Shown piece after piece: positions 52,768 to 62,273 of a stretch of 64,000 bases of DNA (its first letter is position 1; each line of letters begins with the position of its first letter). This stretch comes from Cyclobacteriaceae bacterium. Lineage in GTDB: Bacteria > Bacteroidota > Bacteroidia > Cytophagales > Cyclobacteriaceae. Under the pieces are notes generated by a model. It had not been told where the DNA came from and did no database searches. It worked only from the letters and a program-made list of their open reading frames with translations. The stretch covers positions 20,476-84,475 of the forward strand of contig JAYVTC010000131.1 in NCBI GenBank assembly GCA_043774745.1. Reading direction: 5' to 3'. Made by a program: the position numbers and the translations under genes.

Positions 52768-53961
52768 TCAAGGAGTATTCACTTCATGAAAGGCTCCATC
52801 TGAATTGTCTGTCCAACTCATCGGATAATTTTGATCTAAGAATTGTAGGGAGTCTTCCGTGAGATATAAAGGTCTAAACGTATCAATCATCACGGCCAGT
52901 TCGTGTGTCTCTTTTGCTCCAATACTTTTCTCTACCGTACCGGGATGAGGTCCGTGGGGTAATCCTCCAGGATGTAGTGTAAAGGAGCCCCGTTCAATTC
53001 CTCTGCGACTCATAAAATTTCCCTCGGCATAATAAAGAACTTCATCACTGTCGATATTACTGTGATTGTATGGTGCAGGTATCGCTTGAGGATGGTAATC
53101 AAATAATCGTGGAACAAAAGAACAGATTACAAAATTGTGTGCCTGAAAAGTTTGATGGACTGGCGGTGGTTGATGAATGCGTCCGGTGATGGGTTCGAAG
53201 TCGTGAATGGAAAATGCATACGGCCATAAGAATCCATCCCATCCAACTAAATCCAGCGGACTGTAATCGTAAACGTATTGATGGAGGTATCCTTGTTTTT
53301 TTATCTTCATTAGAAACTCACCCTTACTCGTATCGGTGATTAATTCGTTTGGCGGACGAATGTCACGTTCGCAATAAGGAGAATGTTCACCAAGTTGGCC
53401 GAGCTGGTTTCTATAACGTTTCACTGTTTCGACAGGAGATGCCGCTTCAATGATCAACAAACGAAGCGGTCCTTCTTCAAACTCAAGTTTATAGATAACC
53501 GTACGGGGAATCACCACATAATCTCCTTGCCTGATATCGAGTTTTCCAAACTGTGAAATCAGCACCCCGGTGCCATCATGAATATAGATGACTTCATCAC
53601 CTTCTGCATTTTTATAGAAATAATCCATTTTGCGTTTTGTTGGTGAGCAAATGGAAATGGAGCAGTCGCTATTAGCAAGAAGTACTTTGCGAGCAGTTAA
53701 ATAATCATCTCCCGTTGTAGTTACCTTAGAAGTATTCAGGTGGGTTTGCCGTAGCGCGTAATCCTGAATGATTTTAGGGCCATACTTCACGGGATCTTTT
53801 AAAGCCTTGATTCTGGTAGGAGGATTGATATGATAGAGGTTGGAATAGATTCCGGAAAACCCCTCTGAACTTACTAGTTCCTCTTTATATAAGCTGCCAT
53901 CTGGCTGCCTGAATTGTGTATGACGTTTATGCGGAATGTTTCCAAGTCGATGGTAGTACAT
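52768..53961 (-). CDS. hmgA: homogentisate 1,2-dioxygenase
   Basis: 397 aa with MYYHRLGNIPHKRHTQFRQPDGSLY...EGFSG...LYH at the N-terminus, and the cupin core with HPGGLPHGPHPG. This matches the short Bacteroidota form of HGD. Confidence 0.8.
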   Translation of the reverse strand: MYYHRLGNIPHKRHTQFRQPDGSLYKEELVSSEGFSGIYSNLYHINPPTRIKALKDPVKYGPKIIQDYALRQTHLNTSKVTTTGDDYLTARKVLLANSDCSISICSPTKRKMDYFYKNAEGDEVIYIHDGTGVLISQFGKLDIRQGDYVVIPRTVIYKLEFEEGPLRLLIIEAASPVETVKRYRNQLGQLGEHSPYCERDIRPPNELITDTSKGEFLMKIKKQGYLHQYVYDYSPLDLVGWDGFLWPYAFSIHDFEPITGRIHQPPPVHQTFQAHNFVICSFVPRLFDYHPQAIPAPYNHSNIDSDEVLYYAEGNFMSRRGIERGSFTLHPGGLPHGPHPGTVEKSIGAKETHELAVMIDTFRPLYLTEDSLQFLDQNYPMSWTDNSDGAFHEVNTP

Positions 53962-54000
53962 AGTGAATTGATTAATGAGAAATTGTACTGTGAAAGTACA

Positions 54001-54047
54001 AAAAAAGACCTCATCCCGCTTGGTTTAAAACAAGAGAGAAGAGGCCT
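54001..54047 (-). terminator. intrinsic terminator downstream of the S41 peptidase gene
   Basis: On the minus strand the sequence is GGCCUCuucucUCUUGuuuuaaacCAAGcgggauGAGGUC followed by U7. Confidence 0.5.
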
Positions 54048-54063
54048 TAGGAGTGAGTTTTCT

Positions 54064-55689
54064 TTACATCTTACTCCTATTCAATTCAGGAATACGATCG
54101 AAAAGTTTGATGGCTTGCTGAAGAACTTCGTTGGTTTCATTATAGATAGGATAAAAGCTTTCATTTCCCCATACGTTACGGGCTACCTCCGCTTTGATAT
54201 AGATATGAAACAGTCTCTTGTTTTTCTGAAGATCTTTAAAATCAGGTTCAATTTTATTTTTGCGCCCCATTTCAATAATCTCATTGATCATAGATTGAGA
54301 TACTTCAAAATGCTGAAGATAATCTGGATAACCTTTTTCTTTCAGATTGCTCTTGTTCTCATTGGCATAACCAAAGGCATATTCGCGTAAAATATTCGCG
54401 TTAAAAAGCTTATTAAAATATTTGCTGCTGCTGGTTGTATCCAATGGAACAAAATAATCGGGCATGATCCCTCCGCCTCCATAAACAGAGCGACCACTCG
54501 TTGTCTGGAATTTTAACGAGTCGTTAAAGCGGATGCTGTCGGCAGAAAAGAATTCGCCTTTTTTATAGCGTTGCATTAAATCTTTTTCGTATTCATCCAG
54601 ATTGTCATAAGGCTTCTGAATAGAGCGACCACTCGGTGTATAATAGCGGGAAATGGTTAGGCGAACTTCCGATCCATCATTCAAATCAAAAGGTCGCTGC
54701 ACTAACCCTTTGCCATACGACCTGCGGCCAACAACTAATGCACGATCATTGTCCTGAAGAGCTCCGGCAACAATTTCGGATGCCGAGGCACTGCCTTCAT
54801 TTACCAACACAATCAAATCACCTCGTTCAAAATCACCTTGTTCTGAGGCAAAGGCGTTTTCATTATACTTTTCTTCTTGCCCTTTTGTAAAGACAATTTT
54901 CTCACCCTTGGGAAGAAACTCATCGGCAATGTCTATGGCTTGATCCATATAACCGCCCGGGTTTCCCTGTAAGTCAAGGATCAATTTTTTCATCCCTTCT
55001 TTCTGAAGTTTAGCCATTGCATCTTTAACTTCCGAGTAGGTGGTTTGTGCAAAGCGGTTTACTTTGATGTATCCGATTTCATGATCAAGCATGTAGGATG
55101 CATCAACTGAAAACTGGGGTATTTTATCACGCACAATAGTGAACACAATTGGTTTGCTGACATTTTTTCTCAGCACCTCAATTTTAACTTCGGTGCCTTT
55201 AGGCCCTTTCAAATGTGTATAAACGTCACGATTGGATAGGCCAATGCCTGCAATATTTTTATCATTCACTTTGATAATCTTGTCACCTGACCGCAATCCT
55301 ACGCTTTCGGATGGCCCGCCACTGAGAGCAGAAACGACCACGAGAGTATCATGAAAGATATTGAACTCAATACCGATGCCTTCAAAATTCCCTTGAAGAT
55401 CTTCGTTTGCCTCTACAATGTCCTTGGCGGAAATATAAGAGGAGTGTGGGTCAAGCTTCCCAAGCATGTGCTCAATGGCATCCTCTACAAGCACCTCAGT
55501 ATTAGCAGTGTCTACATACTCGTTTTTGATCAAACTCAGCACTTCTCTCATTTTCTGCACTTCTTCTCCCACATCACCGGAACTACTTTTATTAGTCAGG
55601 CTGGCTCCAATCAGCACCCCTGCTGCAAGGCCAATAAACAAAATAAGCGGTAAACTGATCTGGTAATTTGAATTATTCTGCTCCTCCAT
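54064..55689 (-). CDS. ctp: S41 family C-terminal processing peptidase
   Basis: N-terminal TM anchor, a PDZ segment (GLRSGDKIIKVND), the catalytic Ser context LVNEGSASASEI and the downstream Lys context SYGKG. Confidence 0.85.
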   Translation of the reverse strand: MEEQNNSNYQISLPLILFIGLAAGVLIGASLTNKSSSGDVGEEVQKMREVLSLIKNEYVDTANTEVLVEDAIEHMLGKLDPHSSYISAKDIVEANEDLQGNFEGIGIEFNIFHDTLVVVSALSGGPSESVGLRSGDKIIKVNDKNIAGIGLSNRDVYTHLKGPKGTEVKIEVLRKNVSKPIVFTIVRDKIPQFSVDASYMLDHEIGYIKVNRFAQTTYSEVKDAMAKLQKEGMKKLILDLQGNPGGYMDQAIDIADEFLPKGEKIVFTKGQEEKYNENAFASEQGDFERGDLIVLVNEGSASASEIVAGALQDNDRALVVGRRSYGKGLVQRPFDLNDGSEVRLTISRYYTPSGRSIQKPYDNLDEYEKDLMQRYKKGEFFSADSIRFNDSLKFQTTSGRSVYGGGGIMPDYFVPLDTTSSSKYFNKLFNANILREYAFGYANENKSNLKEKGYPDYLQHFEVSQSMINEIIEMGRKNKIEPDFKDLQKNKRLFHIYIKAEVARNVWGNESFYPIYNETNEVLQQAIKLFDRIPELNRSKM

Positions 55690-55786
55690 AGTCTATCTTT
55701 GCTCTAAATTAGTTCATCTAACGGAGCACCAAATTAATTGTTAGGGTTAGATTTTCGATAGTGGGGTTTACTATATTTACTTTTTA

Positions 55787-56548
55787 ATGGAAAAAGAAAC
55801 GCTGAGACATAGACGAATTGCGGAGCTGGTGGACCAGGATAACCTGTGTGCCCATGTTTTGTATTATTTCGGCATTAAGTTTTTTGAATTTCCTGAGCAC
55901 ACTTTAGAGCAGGTTTGTCACGAAAAGGGATTGCTAGTTGATGCCGTTGTGAAAGAACTGGAATCGCCTGGTGAAAACTTCAGGGGAATGTCTGATCTTC
56001 CTTTAAGTAATTACCCCGTAGACCTGATCATGGAATACCTGAAGCATGCACACTTTCTGTTCGTTAAGCATAAGCTTCCTTACATCGGAAGATTGGTGGA
56101 AAGTTTTAAAGCCAATCACGAAGCCTATGATACCGTGGAAAAGGATTTGAAAACACTTTTCCCATTGTTTTTAGAAGATTTCATCCACCATATTTACGAA
56201 GAGGAAGACACCTTGTTTAAATACATCAGGTTGCTGGAGAAAGCATCAAAAGGTGACTATAATCCCTCGCAGCTCTATAACATGATCGAGAAGCACTCCT
56301 TGCAAAAATGCGCTATGGAACACGAAGCTCATGACGATGAGATGCAGGGCATACGCAGGATCACAAAGGATTATCATATTACTTCTGATGCCCCCTTACA
56401 TGTAAAAGTGATTTATTCTGAACTCATGTCATTTGAAAAAGTTCTTCAGGAACATGCACGCGTTGAGAATGAGATTTTGTTTCCAAAAGCTATGTCGCTG
56501 GAGAACGTGGTGAAGAAAAAATTCTTTGAGAAAGCCCGTTTTAACTAA
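55787..56548 (+). CDS. hemerythrin-like / iron-sulfur repair (RIC/ScdA)-like protein
   Basis: 253 aa, helical, with spaced His/Glu (HAHFLF...HHIYEEED...EHEAHDDE...HARVENE). The assignment is tentative. Confidence 0.45.
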   Translation: MEKETLRHRRIAELVDQDNLCAHVLYYFGIKFFEFPEHTLEQVCHEKGLLVDAVVKELESPGENFRGMSDLPLSNYPVDLIMEYLKHAHFLFVKHKLPYIGRLVESFKANHEAYDTVEKDLKTLFPLFLEDFIHHIYEEEDTLFKYIRLLEKASKGDYNPSQLYNMIEKHSLQKCAMEHEAHDDEMQGIRRITKDYHITSDAPLHVKVIYSELMSFEKVLQEHARVENEILFPKAMSLENVVKKKFFEKARFN

Positions 56549-56576
56549 TCCATTTTTTTTCAACCGTAAAACTTTA

Positions 56577-56987
56577 ATGGGTAGAATTCTCGCCATAGAT
56601 TATGGGACTAAACGCACAGGGCTTGCCGTCACAGATCCGTTGCGTATAATAGCTACGGCATTGGATATGGTGGAAACACCCAAGCTCATCGATTACCTTA
56701 AAAAATATTTTCAAACAGAAGAAGTTGAGAAGGTCATCATTGGCCTGCCGAAGCGACTCAATAATACCGATTCAGAGACAGCCCCCGAGGTGCGCAAGTT
56801 TGTGGAGAAATTTAAAACCAACTTCCCGGAGAAATCTATTCAAACGGTGGACGAGCGCTTCACCAGCTCCATGGCCCAGCAGGCGATGATTGATGGAGGC
56901 ATGAAGAAAAAAGACCGTCAGGTGAAAGGCAACGTGGATAAAATAAGCGCTGTAATTATCCTCCAATCCTATATGCAAGAATTTTAA
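56577..56987 (+). CDS. ruvX: Holliday junction resolvase-like RuvX/YqgF
   Basis: MGRILAIDYGTKRTGLAVTD start. The track start at 56526 overlaps the upstream gene. Confidence 0.9.
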   Translation: MGRILAIDYGTKRTGLAVTDPLRIIATALDMVETPKLIDYLKKYFQTEEVEKVIIGLPKRLNNTDSETAPEVRKFVEKFKTNFPEKSIQTVDERFTSSMAQQAMIDGGMKKKDRQVKGNVDKISAVIILQSYMQEF

Positions 56988-57059
56988 CAATTTGAACTTT
57001 TCCCAGCCTAATCGACCTTATTGGGAATGTGTGCCGTTAAAAATCGGGCGAATATTGAT

Positions 57060-57067
57060 TAATTTTG
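57060..57067 (+). promoter_or_regulatory. candidate Bacteroidota -7 box (TAnnTTTG)
   Basis: TAATTTTG lies 26 nt upstream of the def ATG. Confidence 0.3.
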
Positions 57068-57092
57068 CATTTCGATTTCAATAGAAAAGATC

Positions 57093-57647
57093 ATGATTTA
57101 TCCTATCGTAGTGTATGGCGATGCTGTGTTGCGAAAAAGAGCAGCAGATATCCAGGAAGGAACGGATTTGAAGCAGTTGATATTAGATATGTACGAAACC
57201 ATGTATGCAGCGCATGGCATTGGTTTGGCGGCTCCGCAGATTGGCAAAAGCGTTCGGCTTTTTGTAGTTGACGGTACTACGTTGGATGAAGAGCCAACCC
57301 TCAAAGATTTTAAGCAAGCATTTATTAATCCGTTGATTTTAAAAGAAACGGGCACCGAATGGGATTTTGAGGAAGGGTGTTTGAGTATTCCCAACATTCG
57401 TGAGGATGTTTCCCGTAAGGAAAAAATCAAAGTGAAGTATTTTGATGAAAACTGGAAGCCTAAGGAAGAGGAATTTAGTGGTATGAAAGCCCGGATCATT
57501 CAGCATGAATATGATCACATTGAAGGTAAGTTGTTTATTGATTACCTGACTCCTTTGAAAAAGAGAATGTTGAAAGGCAAGCTTGCCAATATCAGCAAAG
57601 GAGATGTGGATACTGAATACAGGATTTTGGCTCCTTTGAGAAAGTAG
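57093..57647 (+). CDS. def: peptide deformylase
   Basis: The three PDF motifs are present: GIGLAAPQIG, EGCLSIP and QHEYDHIEG. Confidence 0.95.
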   Translation: MIYPIVVYGDAVLRKRAADIQEGTDLKQLILDMYETMYAAHGIGLAAPQIGKSVRLFVVDGTTLDEEPTLKDFKQAFINPLILKETGTEWDFEEGCLSIPNIREDVSRKEKIKVKYFDENWKPKEEEFSGMKARIIQHEYDHIEGKLFIDYLTPLKKRMLKGKLANISKGDVDTEYRILAPLRK

Positions 57648-57674
57648 TTATGATTAATTAAATTGGGGAAGGAT

Positions 57675-57905
57675 ATGAAGAGTTTGACTTATAAGATTTT
57701 ATTGACCAAAGAACCTGAAGGTGCCTACACGGCAACAGTGCCGGCCCTTCCGGGCTGCATTACTTATGGTGATAATATCGACCATGCTATTTCTATGGCG
57801 AAAGAGGCCATAGAGCTTTATATTGAACACCTCCGCGAAAAAGGCGAATCCATTCCAGACGATAGTGAAACACTTGAATATTCACTAAATCTCATAACGA
57901 CTTGA
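57675..57905 (+). CDS. hicB: HicB-family antitoxin (UPF0150 fold only)
   Basis: 76 aa with YTATVPALPGCITYGDNIDHAISMAKEAIELYIEHL, typical of short HicB/UPF0150 proteins. It overlaps the next ORF. Confidence 0.75.
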   Translation: MKSLTYKILLTKEPEGAYTATVPALPGCITYGDNIDHAISMAKEAIELYIEHLREKGESIPDDSETLEYSLNLITT

Positions 57906-58105
57906 GTTACTCGGCAAGAGATTTAATTGCCATCCTCTTAAAAAATGGATTTGAATTCAAGCGCTCAAAAGGAAGTCATCATATTTATGAAAACCCTGTC
58001 ACCAAAAAAATAACTGTGGTTCCGGTTCATGGTAATAAGGATTTACCAAAGGGAACCTACTTTGGAATATTGAAGCAAGCGGGTTTGGATAAAAGTCAAT
58101 ACTAA
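57902..58105 (+). CDS. hicA: HicA-family mRNA interferase toxin
   Basis: 67 aa with LLKNGFEFKRSKGSHHIY...VPVHGNKDLPKGTYFGILKQAGL (the YcfA/HicA signature with catalytic His). The only in-frame start is the TTG at 57902, overlapping the hicB TGA. Confidence 0.75.
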   Translation: MSYSARDLIAILLKNGFEFKRSKGSHHIYENPVTKKITVVPVHGNKDLPKGTYFGILKQAGLDKSQY

Positions 58106-59250
58106 TGATAAATCTATCATCTCGTCTTCCCGAAGTAGGCACTTCCATTTTTACAGTCATGTCGCGCATGGCTTTGGAATACGGAGCCATCAATCTGTCA
58201 CAAGGATTTCCTGATTTTCCCGTATCGAAAGAGTTGATCGAACTCATTTATAAAAACATGAAGGCCGGGCACAACCAATATGCGCCTATGCCCGGAACTC
58301 CCGCACTAAAAAAGGCAATCGCAGAGGTAGTAACAAAAACATATAATCGCCCAACAGACCCGGAAAATGAAGTGATCATAACGACTGGTGGCACAGAGGC
58401 GCTCTATTCGGCCATCGCTGCTTTAGTGAAAGCGGGAGATGAAGTAATTGTATTTGATCCGGCTTATGATTCTTATGGTCCTTCCATTCGTTTGAACGGA
58501 GGGATACCTGTGCACATTAAATTGAAATTGCCACATTTTTCAATCGACTGGCAGGAAGTGCGGGATAAAATTACGCCTCGCACCAAGATGATTATGATCA
58601 ACACTCCGCATAATCCAACAGGATCTGTGATGGCCGAATCTGATCTTAAAGCACTCGAAAAACTAGCTCTTGAGTTTGGATTGATTGTGCTGAGTGATGA
58701 AGTGTACGAACGAATCATCTTTGATGGCAAAGAACATCAGAGTGTGCTGAAGTTTCCTGCCCTCTCATCTCAAAGTATTGCCGTATTTTCATTTGGAAAA
58801 ACATTTCACGCCACTGGCTGGAAGGTGGGCTATACCGTTGCTCCTGAAGTTCTGACCAGGGAAATCCGTAAGGCTCACCAGTTCATTACATTCAGCGTAA
58901 ATACGCCTGTACAATTAGCATTCGCACAGCATCTCACCAACCCGGATAATTATCTTCACCTCGGAGCATTTTACCAGCAAAAGCGTGATTTTTTCCTGGA
59001 CCAAATAAAAGGGTCTTCGCTAAAGCCAATCCCCAGTTATGGTAGCTATTTCCAGCTTTTATCCTACGAATCAGTTTCGGATTTGAATGAATTCGAAATA
59101 GCTGAGTGGATGACCAAAGAGAAAAAACTGGCTCCAATACCAGTTTCGGCATTTTATCAGGATAAAGCAGATCACAAACTTTTGAGGTTTTGCTTTGCAA
59201 AAGGCGAAGAGACCCTTGCAAAGGCAGGAGCCATTCTTCGAAAACTTTAA
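58105..59250 (+). CDS. PLP-dependent aminotransferase (methionine/glutamine transaminase, YbdL-like)
   Basis: SRLPEVGTSIFTVMSRMALEYGAINLSQGFPDF N-terminus and PLP-lysine context SFGKTFHATGWKVGY. Confidence 0.8.
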   Translation: MINLSSRLPEVGTSIFTVMSRMALEYGAINLSQGFPDFPVSKELIELIYKNMKAGHNQYAPMPGTPALKKAIAEVVTKTYNRPTDPENEVIITTGGTEALYSAIAALVKAGDEVIVFDPAYDSYGPSIRLNGGIPVHIKLKLPHFSIDWQEVRDKITPRTKMIMINTPHNPTGSVMAESDLKALEKLALEFGLIVLSDEVYERIIFDGKEHQSVLKFPALSSQSIAVFSFGKTFHATGWKVGYTVAPEVLTREIRKAHQFITFSVNTPVQLAFAQHLTNPDNYLHLGAFYQQKRDFFLDQIKGSSLKPIPSYGSYFQLLSYESVSDLNEFEIAEWMTKEKKLAPIPVSAFYQDKADHKLLRFCFAKGEETLAKAGAILRKL

Positions 59251-59321
59251 GGGTTTTATTTCCCCCGGGGTTCAATATTTGAGATGGTATTGCTTTCTTT
59301 GTAGTCCGTTTAGCGGTCATT

Positions 59322-60158
59322 ATGCAGGATTTAAAAATCACCATTATTCAAGCAGATCTTCATTGGGAAGATACCACCGCCAACCTGGCCATGTTTGAAG
59401 AGAGAATATGGCAGATTGGTGGTTCTACCGATGTGATTGTGCTTCCAGAAATGTTTACGACTGGCTTCACCATGAATGCCTCCAAGCATGCTGAGCATAT
59501 GAATATGCGCACCTTCAAGTGGATGAAGCAGATGGCAGATCAAACCGGAGCATTGATTTTAGGAAGTTTTATTGCCAACGTGCACGATCGGTTTTACAAC
59601 CGCTTGCTGTGGATGGAGCCCGGAGGAAATTTCAAAACGTACGATAAGCGTCATCTTTTCCGCATGGCGGAAGAAAACCAGGTTTATACCCCGGGAGAAA
59701 GTCTTTTGATTGGACACTGGAAAGGATGGAGGATTTGCCCTTTGATCTGTTACGATTTGCGTTTTCCCGTTTGGAGCCGCAACCGATGGAATCCTTCTTT
59801 GAAGAAGCCCGCCTATGATGTGCTTGTCTATGTGGCCAATTGGCCAATGGTTAGATCAGAAGCATGGGAAACTTTGTTGAAAGCCAGAGCGATTGAAAAT
59901 CTAAGTTATACCGTTGGAGTGAACCGGGTGGGGTTGGATGGCAATGGTATCGAATATAATGGCCATTCTGCGTTTATCGGTCCGAAAGGTGATTCATTCT
60001 TCTCCGTAGAAGGTGTGGAGGCAATTAAAACCTTGTCTTTAAATGCACATGCACTGCAATCGTATCGCGATAAGTTTCCGGCCTTTTTAGATGCCGATGA
60101 TTTCACGATCGAATCAGAAGAATATGAAGAGCGCGATCACCTGCATGGTTTAAGCTAA
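59322..60158 (+). CDS. nitrilase-superfamily amidohydrolase (omega-amidase, YafV-like)
   Basis: Glu-Lys-Cys triad contexts VLPEMF, YDKRHLF and ICYDLRFP. Confidence 0.8.
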   Translation: MQDLKITIIQADLHWEDTTANLAMFEERIWQIGGSTDVIVLPEMFTTGFTMNASKHAEHMNMRTFKWMKQMADQTGALILGSFIANVHDRFYNRLLWMEPGGNFKTYDKRHLFRMAEENQVYTPGESLLIGHWKGWRICPLICYDLRFPVWSRNRWNPSLKKPAYDVLVYVANWPMVRSEAWETLLKARAIENLSYTVGVNRVGLDGNGIEYNGHSAFIGPKGDSFFSVEGVEAIKTLSLNAHALQSYRDKFPAFLDADDFTIESEEYEERDHLHGLS

Positions 60159-60542
60159 CGCGAAATCTTTAATCCATTCCTTAATTTTTTCCTGATCATC
60201 TTCTTTTTTAAACCGCTGGTCGAGCGTTCGCAGTAATTTTTCGACTTGATCATGATTCCCCGATAACACGATGGTGTGAATCTGCTGCTCATTTCGAAGC
60301 AGGTGATTCAATAATCTCAAGGCCGATCCAATAGATTCCTCGGGTTGGGCCTGAATTAAAATAAAAATCCTGCTCATCTGATTGCACAGTTTTATGACCA
60401 CATCCACAATAGAACCTTCCGACTGATTGTCAATTTCTGTTCCGATCATATCGCTGGAAAGCGAAGAAGCAAACGATAGCAATGGCTTTTCGTAATCGCT
60501 ATTCTGCCAGGGTCGAAGCTCAAGGTGAAGGAAAAGTTTCAT
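60150..60542 (-). CDS. hypothetical protein
   Basis: 130-aa ORF that is not antisense to another gene except for a 9-nt convergent overlap. I recognise no motif. Confidence 0.35.
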   Translation of the reverse strand: MKLFLHLELRPWQNSDYEKPLLSFASSLSSDMIGTEIDNQSEGSIVDVVIKLCNQMSRIFILIQAQPEESIGSALRLLNHLLRNEQQIHTIVLSGNHDQVEKLLRTLDQRFKKEDDQEKIKEWIKDFALA

Positions 60543-60654
60543 TTTTATTGCATGCTAAGACACAAAGATCGCGAAGTTAAATGCAAAGAAAAGTCTTTTG
60601 CGTTCTTTGCGTGCAACGTATAATTCCTGCATTTTTGCACCTCAATTCAATACC

Positions 60655-62181
60655 ATGTCTTCCAAAAAAATTTCTCGTGCACTCATTTCAGTTTATTACA
60701 AGGATAACATCGAGGCGATCATTCATGAATTAGCTTCACAAGGTGTAGAATTTGTTTCAACTGGTGGCACGCAAGACTTCATTGAAAAGCTTGGCTACCC
60801 TGTTATTCCTGTAGAGAAGCTAACAGGTTATCCATCCATTTTTGGAGGACGGGTGAAGACACTCCATCCTGCCGTTTTTGGTGGAATCCTTTATAGAAGA
60901 GATGATGCAGGCGATTTAAAACAAGCAAGCGAATTTAATATCGGTGCTATTGATTTAGTGATTGTTGATTTATACCCTTTCGAAGAAACAGTGGCCAAAG
61001 GTGGCACGGAAGAAGATATTGTTGAGAAAATCGATATTGGAGGAATTTCACTTATTCGGGGAGCCGCAAAGAATTTCAATGATGTACTGATTGTATCTGA
61101 GCGTACTCAATATCAGGAGTTGTTAGATTTACTGAAGGCAAATAACGGTTCTTCCGAATTGACCGATCGAAAACGATTTGCCGCTAAGGCGTTTGATGTC
61201 ACCTCTCATTATGATGCTGCAATTTTTGGTTATTTCAACCAGGAGCAACGTATATCAAGCTTCAAAGCAAGTTTTAAACAGGGCAAAATTTTGCGCTATG
61301 GAGAAAACCCTCATCAGCAAGGGGTGTTTTTTGGTGAAATGGAAAACCTTTTCGATCAACTAAACGGCAAAGAACTTTCCTATAATAACCTGGTGGATGT
61401 TGATGCGGCCATTAATCTTGTAAAAGAGTTTGAAGGTGAAACCGCTTTTGTGATCATTAAGCACACCAATGCCTGCGGAGTGGCTATAGGTGAGAATGTA
61501 AAGGATGCTTATCTGAAAGCATTCCAGGCTGACACAATTTCTGCCTTTGGCGGAGTACTTGCATCAAGTCAGAAAATTGATCTGGCTGCAGCCGAAGAAA
61601 TAAATAAATTATTCTTTGAAATTCTGATCGCACCCGAATTTGATTTAGCTGCGCTTGATCTGCTTAAATCCAAAAAGAACAGAATCATCCTGAAGCAAAA
61701 ACAACCGCTAACAGCCAAAAAGCAATTTAAGAGTTTGCTTAATGGAGTGATTGAACAGGATTTGGATTTAAGAACAGATTCTAAAGAAGATTTGAAGCAA
61801 ATGACAAAGCGTTCACCTTCATCAGAACAGGTTGATGCATTACTCTTCGGGAGCAAGATTTGCAAGCATACGAAGTCTAACACCATCATTCTGGCGATAA
61901 ATGGTCAATTGCTTGCCAGCGGTGTTGGTCAAACCAGTCGCGTTGATGCTTTGAAGCAAGCGATTGAGAAAGCAGGTGCATTTGGTTTTAACCTGAAAGG
62001 AGCGGTGATGGCATCTGATGCCTTCTTCCCTTTTCCTGATTGCGTTGAGATCGCTCATCAACATGGCATAGAGGCAGTCATTCAACCAGGTGGTTCAATC
62101 AAAGATCAGGACTCCATTGATTTTTGTGATCGTCATAACATGGCCATGGTCTTTACTGGCACACGTCACTTCAAGCATTAG
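60655..62181 (+). CDS. purH: bifunctional AICAR transformylase / IMP cyclohydrolase
   Basis: RALISVYYKD...STGGT...VKTLHP (MGS-like domain) and LRYGENPHQ (AICARFT domain). Start at the ATG at 60655. Confidence 0.95.
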   Translation: MSSKKISRALISVYYKDNIEAIIHELASQGVEFVSTGGTQDFIEKLGYPVIPVEKLTGYPSIFGGRVKTLHPAVFGGILYRRDDAGDLKQASEFNIGAIDLVIVDLYPFEETVAKGGTEEDIVEKIDIGGISLIRGAAKNFNDVLIVSERTQYQELLDLLKANNGSSELTDRKRFAAKAFDVTSHYDAAIFGYFNQEQRISSFKASFKQGKILRYGENPHQQGVFFGEMENLFDQLNGKELSYNNLVDVDAAINLVKEFEGETAFVIIKHTNACGVAIGENVKDAYLKAFQADTISAFGGVLASSQKIDLAAAEEINKLFFEILIAPEFDLAALDLLKSKKNRIILKQKQPLTAKKQFKSLLNGVIEQDLDLRTDSKEDLKQMTKRSPSSEQVDALLFGSKICKHTKSNTIILAINGQLLASGVGQTSRVDALKQAIEKAGAFGFNLKGAVMASDAFFPFPDCVEIAHQHGIEAVIQPGGSIKDQDSIDFCDRHNMAMVFTGTRHFKH

Positions 62182-62273
62182 TGCGTGTAAGTTTTTCAAC
62201 TGAATTGGCTTAAAAATCCACAGAATATTTCTGTAATTTCGTGCTTTATTAACTATACCGCGAGGAGTAACAC

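Noticed and set aside
53914-54390. 158-aa plus-strand ORF spanning the hmgA/ctp spacer
   Set aside because: It runs mostly antisense to the ctp 3' end and is low-complexity and Ile/Phe/Lys-rich. It also crosses a good minus-strand terminator hairpin.
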